Assembly (NCBI GenBank): GCA_022545455.1
Contig: JACZQZ010000002.1
Location: 1-62,986, forward strand
Reading direction: 5' to 3'
Source: Pseudomonadota bacterium
GTDB taxonomy: Bacteria; Pseudomonadota; Alphaproteobacteria; Rhodospirillales; 2-02-FULL-58-16
Length of the DNA: 62,986 nt
Shown one piece after another: positions 62,439-62,986 of this stretch (within the stretch, counting starts at the first letter, position 1; each line of letters opens with the position of its first letter). The notes beneath the pieces are model-generated. The model saw only the letters and a program-made list of their open reading frames with translations, had not been told where the DNA came from and ran no database searches. Made by a program: the position numbers and the translations under genes.

Positions 62439-62986
62439 CTAGGATTTCTTGCCGCCGCCTTTGGCCTTGCCCTTGCCCGGGATGTTGGCGGGCGGTCCGC
62501 CGGCACTGCCGCTGCCCAGGCCGCCGGCGTTACTTGCGCCCAGGCCGCCGCCGGAGCCGCCGCTGGACAGGCCGCCACCGCCGGAACCGCTGTTGGAGGA
62601 CAGGCCACCGCCGCCGCCGGAGCCGCTACTGGACAGGCCGCCGCCACCGGAGCCGCTACTGGACAGGCCGCCGCCGCCGGAGCCGCTACTGGACAGGCCG
62701 CCGCCACCAGAGCCGCTACTGGACAGGCCGCCGTCCTTGGCCTTCGCGCTCACGTCGGCGCCGCCGTATGTCACCAGGTCCCTGGCCACGGCGCTGACCT
62801 GGCCGCCATGGGTCGAAGAGCCCAACGCGCCGTCTTTCTTCTTAAACGCGTTCTTGACGTTCACGCCCTTGGCGAACAGGCCGCCGCGGTTGTTGCTGGC
62901 GAAGATGGCGACCGCACGCGGGTGCCGGCCACGGCGCCCCGATTTGGATTTCGCCGACTTGGAGATGGTGACGCCCTTGCCGCGGT
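62439..62986 (-). CDS. Gly/Ser-rich repeat protein, partial (5' end beyond the window)
   Basis: The reading frame stays open from the window edge (..RGKGVTISKSAKSKSGRRGRHPRAV..) through five GGLSSSGSGGG-type repeats to ..GKGKAKGGGKKS*. The ORF track lists only 62439..62864 from an internal GTG. Confidence 0.6.
   Translation of the reverse strand, partial: RGKGVTISKSAKSKSGRRGRHPRAVAIFASNNRGGLFAKGVNVKNAFKKKDGALGSSTHGGQVSAVARDLVTYGGADVSAKAKDGGLSSSGSGGGGLSSSGSGGGGLSSSGSGGGGLSSSGSGGGGGLSSNSGSGGGGLSSGGSGGGLGASNAGGLGSGSAGGPPANIPGKGKAKGGGKKS
62545..62730. repeat. Tandem 30-bp coding repeat (CCGCC(G/A)CC(G/A)GAGCCGCTACTGGACAGGCCG): 4 near-identical units plus 2 degenerate units
   Basis: The units at 62611, 62641, 62671 and 62701 differ by 1-2 nt. 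They are in frame and encode GGLSSSGSGG. Confidence 0.85.

Noticed and set aside
62545-62730. The 30-bp tandem repeat considered as a possible CRISPR array.
   Set aside because: The units are directly adjacent with no spacers, they are in frame inside an open reading frame (GGLSSSGSGG), and there are no cas genes. It is a coding minisatellite.

Overview
This is a high-GC (by eye about two-thirds G+C) chromosomal segment that looks alphaproteobacterial, possibly Rhodospirillales-like. That assignment is an inference from the GroEL, MetH and ribosomal protein sequences and from gene order. I can support about 50 protein-coding genes, and most are core housekeeping genes. They include groES-groEL with a CIRCE operator, a translationally coupled ArsR/methyltransferase-metF-metH operon, radA-cvpA-purF, dnaB-alr, rpsF-rpsR-(membrane protein)-rplI, fabD-fabG-acpP-fabF-mltG, a DUF47+PiT phosphate transporter pair, a ClC channel, a large MscS-family channel and a DinG/XPD-like helicase. 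I found no rRNA, tRNA, CRISPR array, transposase or integrase.

The non-routine signals are listed here.
1. An exported C14 caspase carries SHOCT and coiled-coil modules. Its signal-peptide-coding 5' end is duplicated, with a frameshift, in front of a visibly low-GC alpha/beta-hydrolase gene.
2. At least two families of dispersed GC-rich palindromic intergenic repeats occur. There are also two MITE-like elements with 25-27 bp terminal inverted repeats, one exactly filling the fabF-mltG gap and one abutting the MscS-family gene stop codon.
3. A 1.5-kb islet carrying a sulfite-oxidase-family gene is flanked by 47-nt direct repeats, and the right copy is the 3' end of an M48 peptidase gene.
4. 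Two GGDEF-EAL genes sit in tandem. One is an internal-deletion derivative that has lost the CHASE2 sensor, and the two are separated by a striking AT-rich island of about 160 bp.
5. There are several gene relics: a PQQ-dehydrogenase/Crp chimera, a cfa 3' fragment, and an HtrA-like protein without a recognisable catalytic triad.
6. Low-complexity repeat tails are present on ribosomal proteins S6 and L9 and on GroES, and a Gly/Ser-repeat protein runs off the window end.

None of these can be shown to be novel from the sequence alone. The caspase/hydrolase mosaic locus and the repeat families are my best candidates for something undescribed. Coordinates of non-ORF features were counted by hand and may be off by 1-2 nt.
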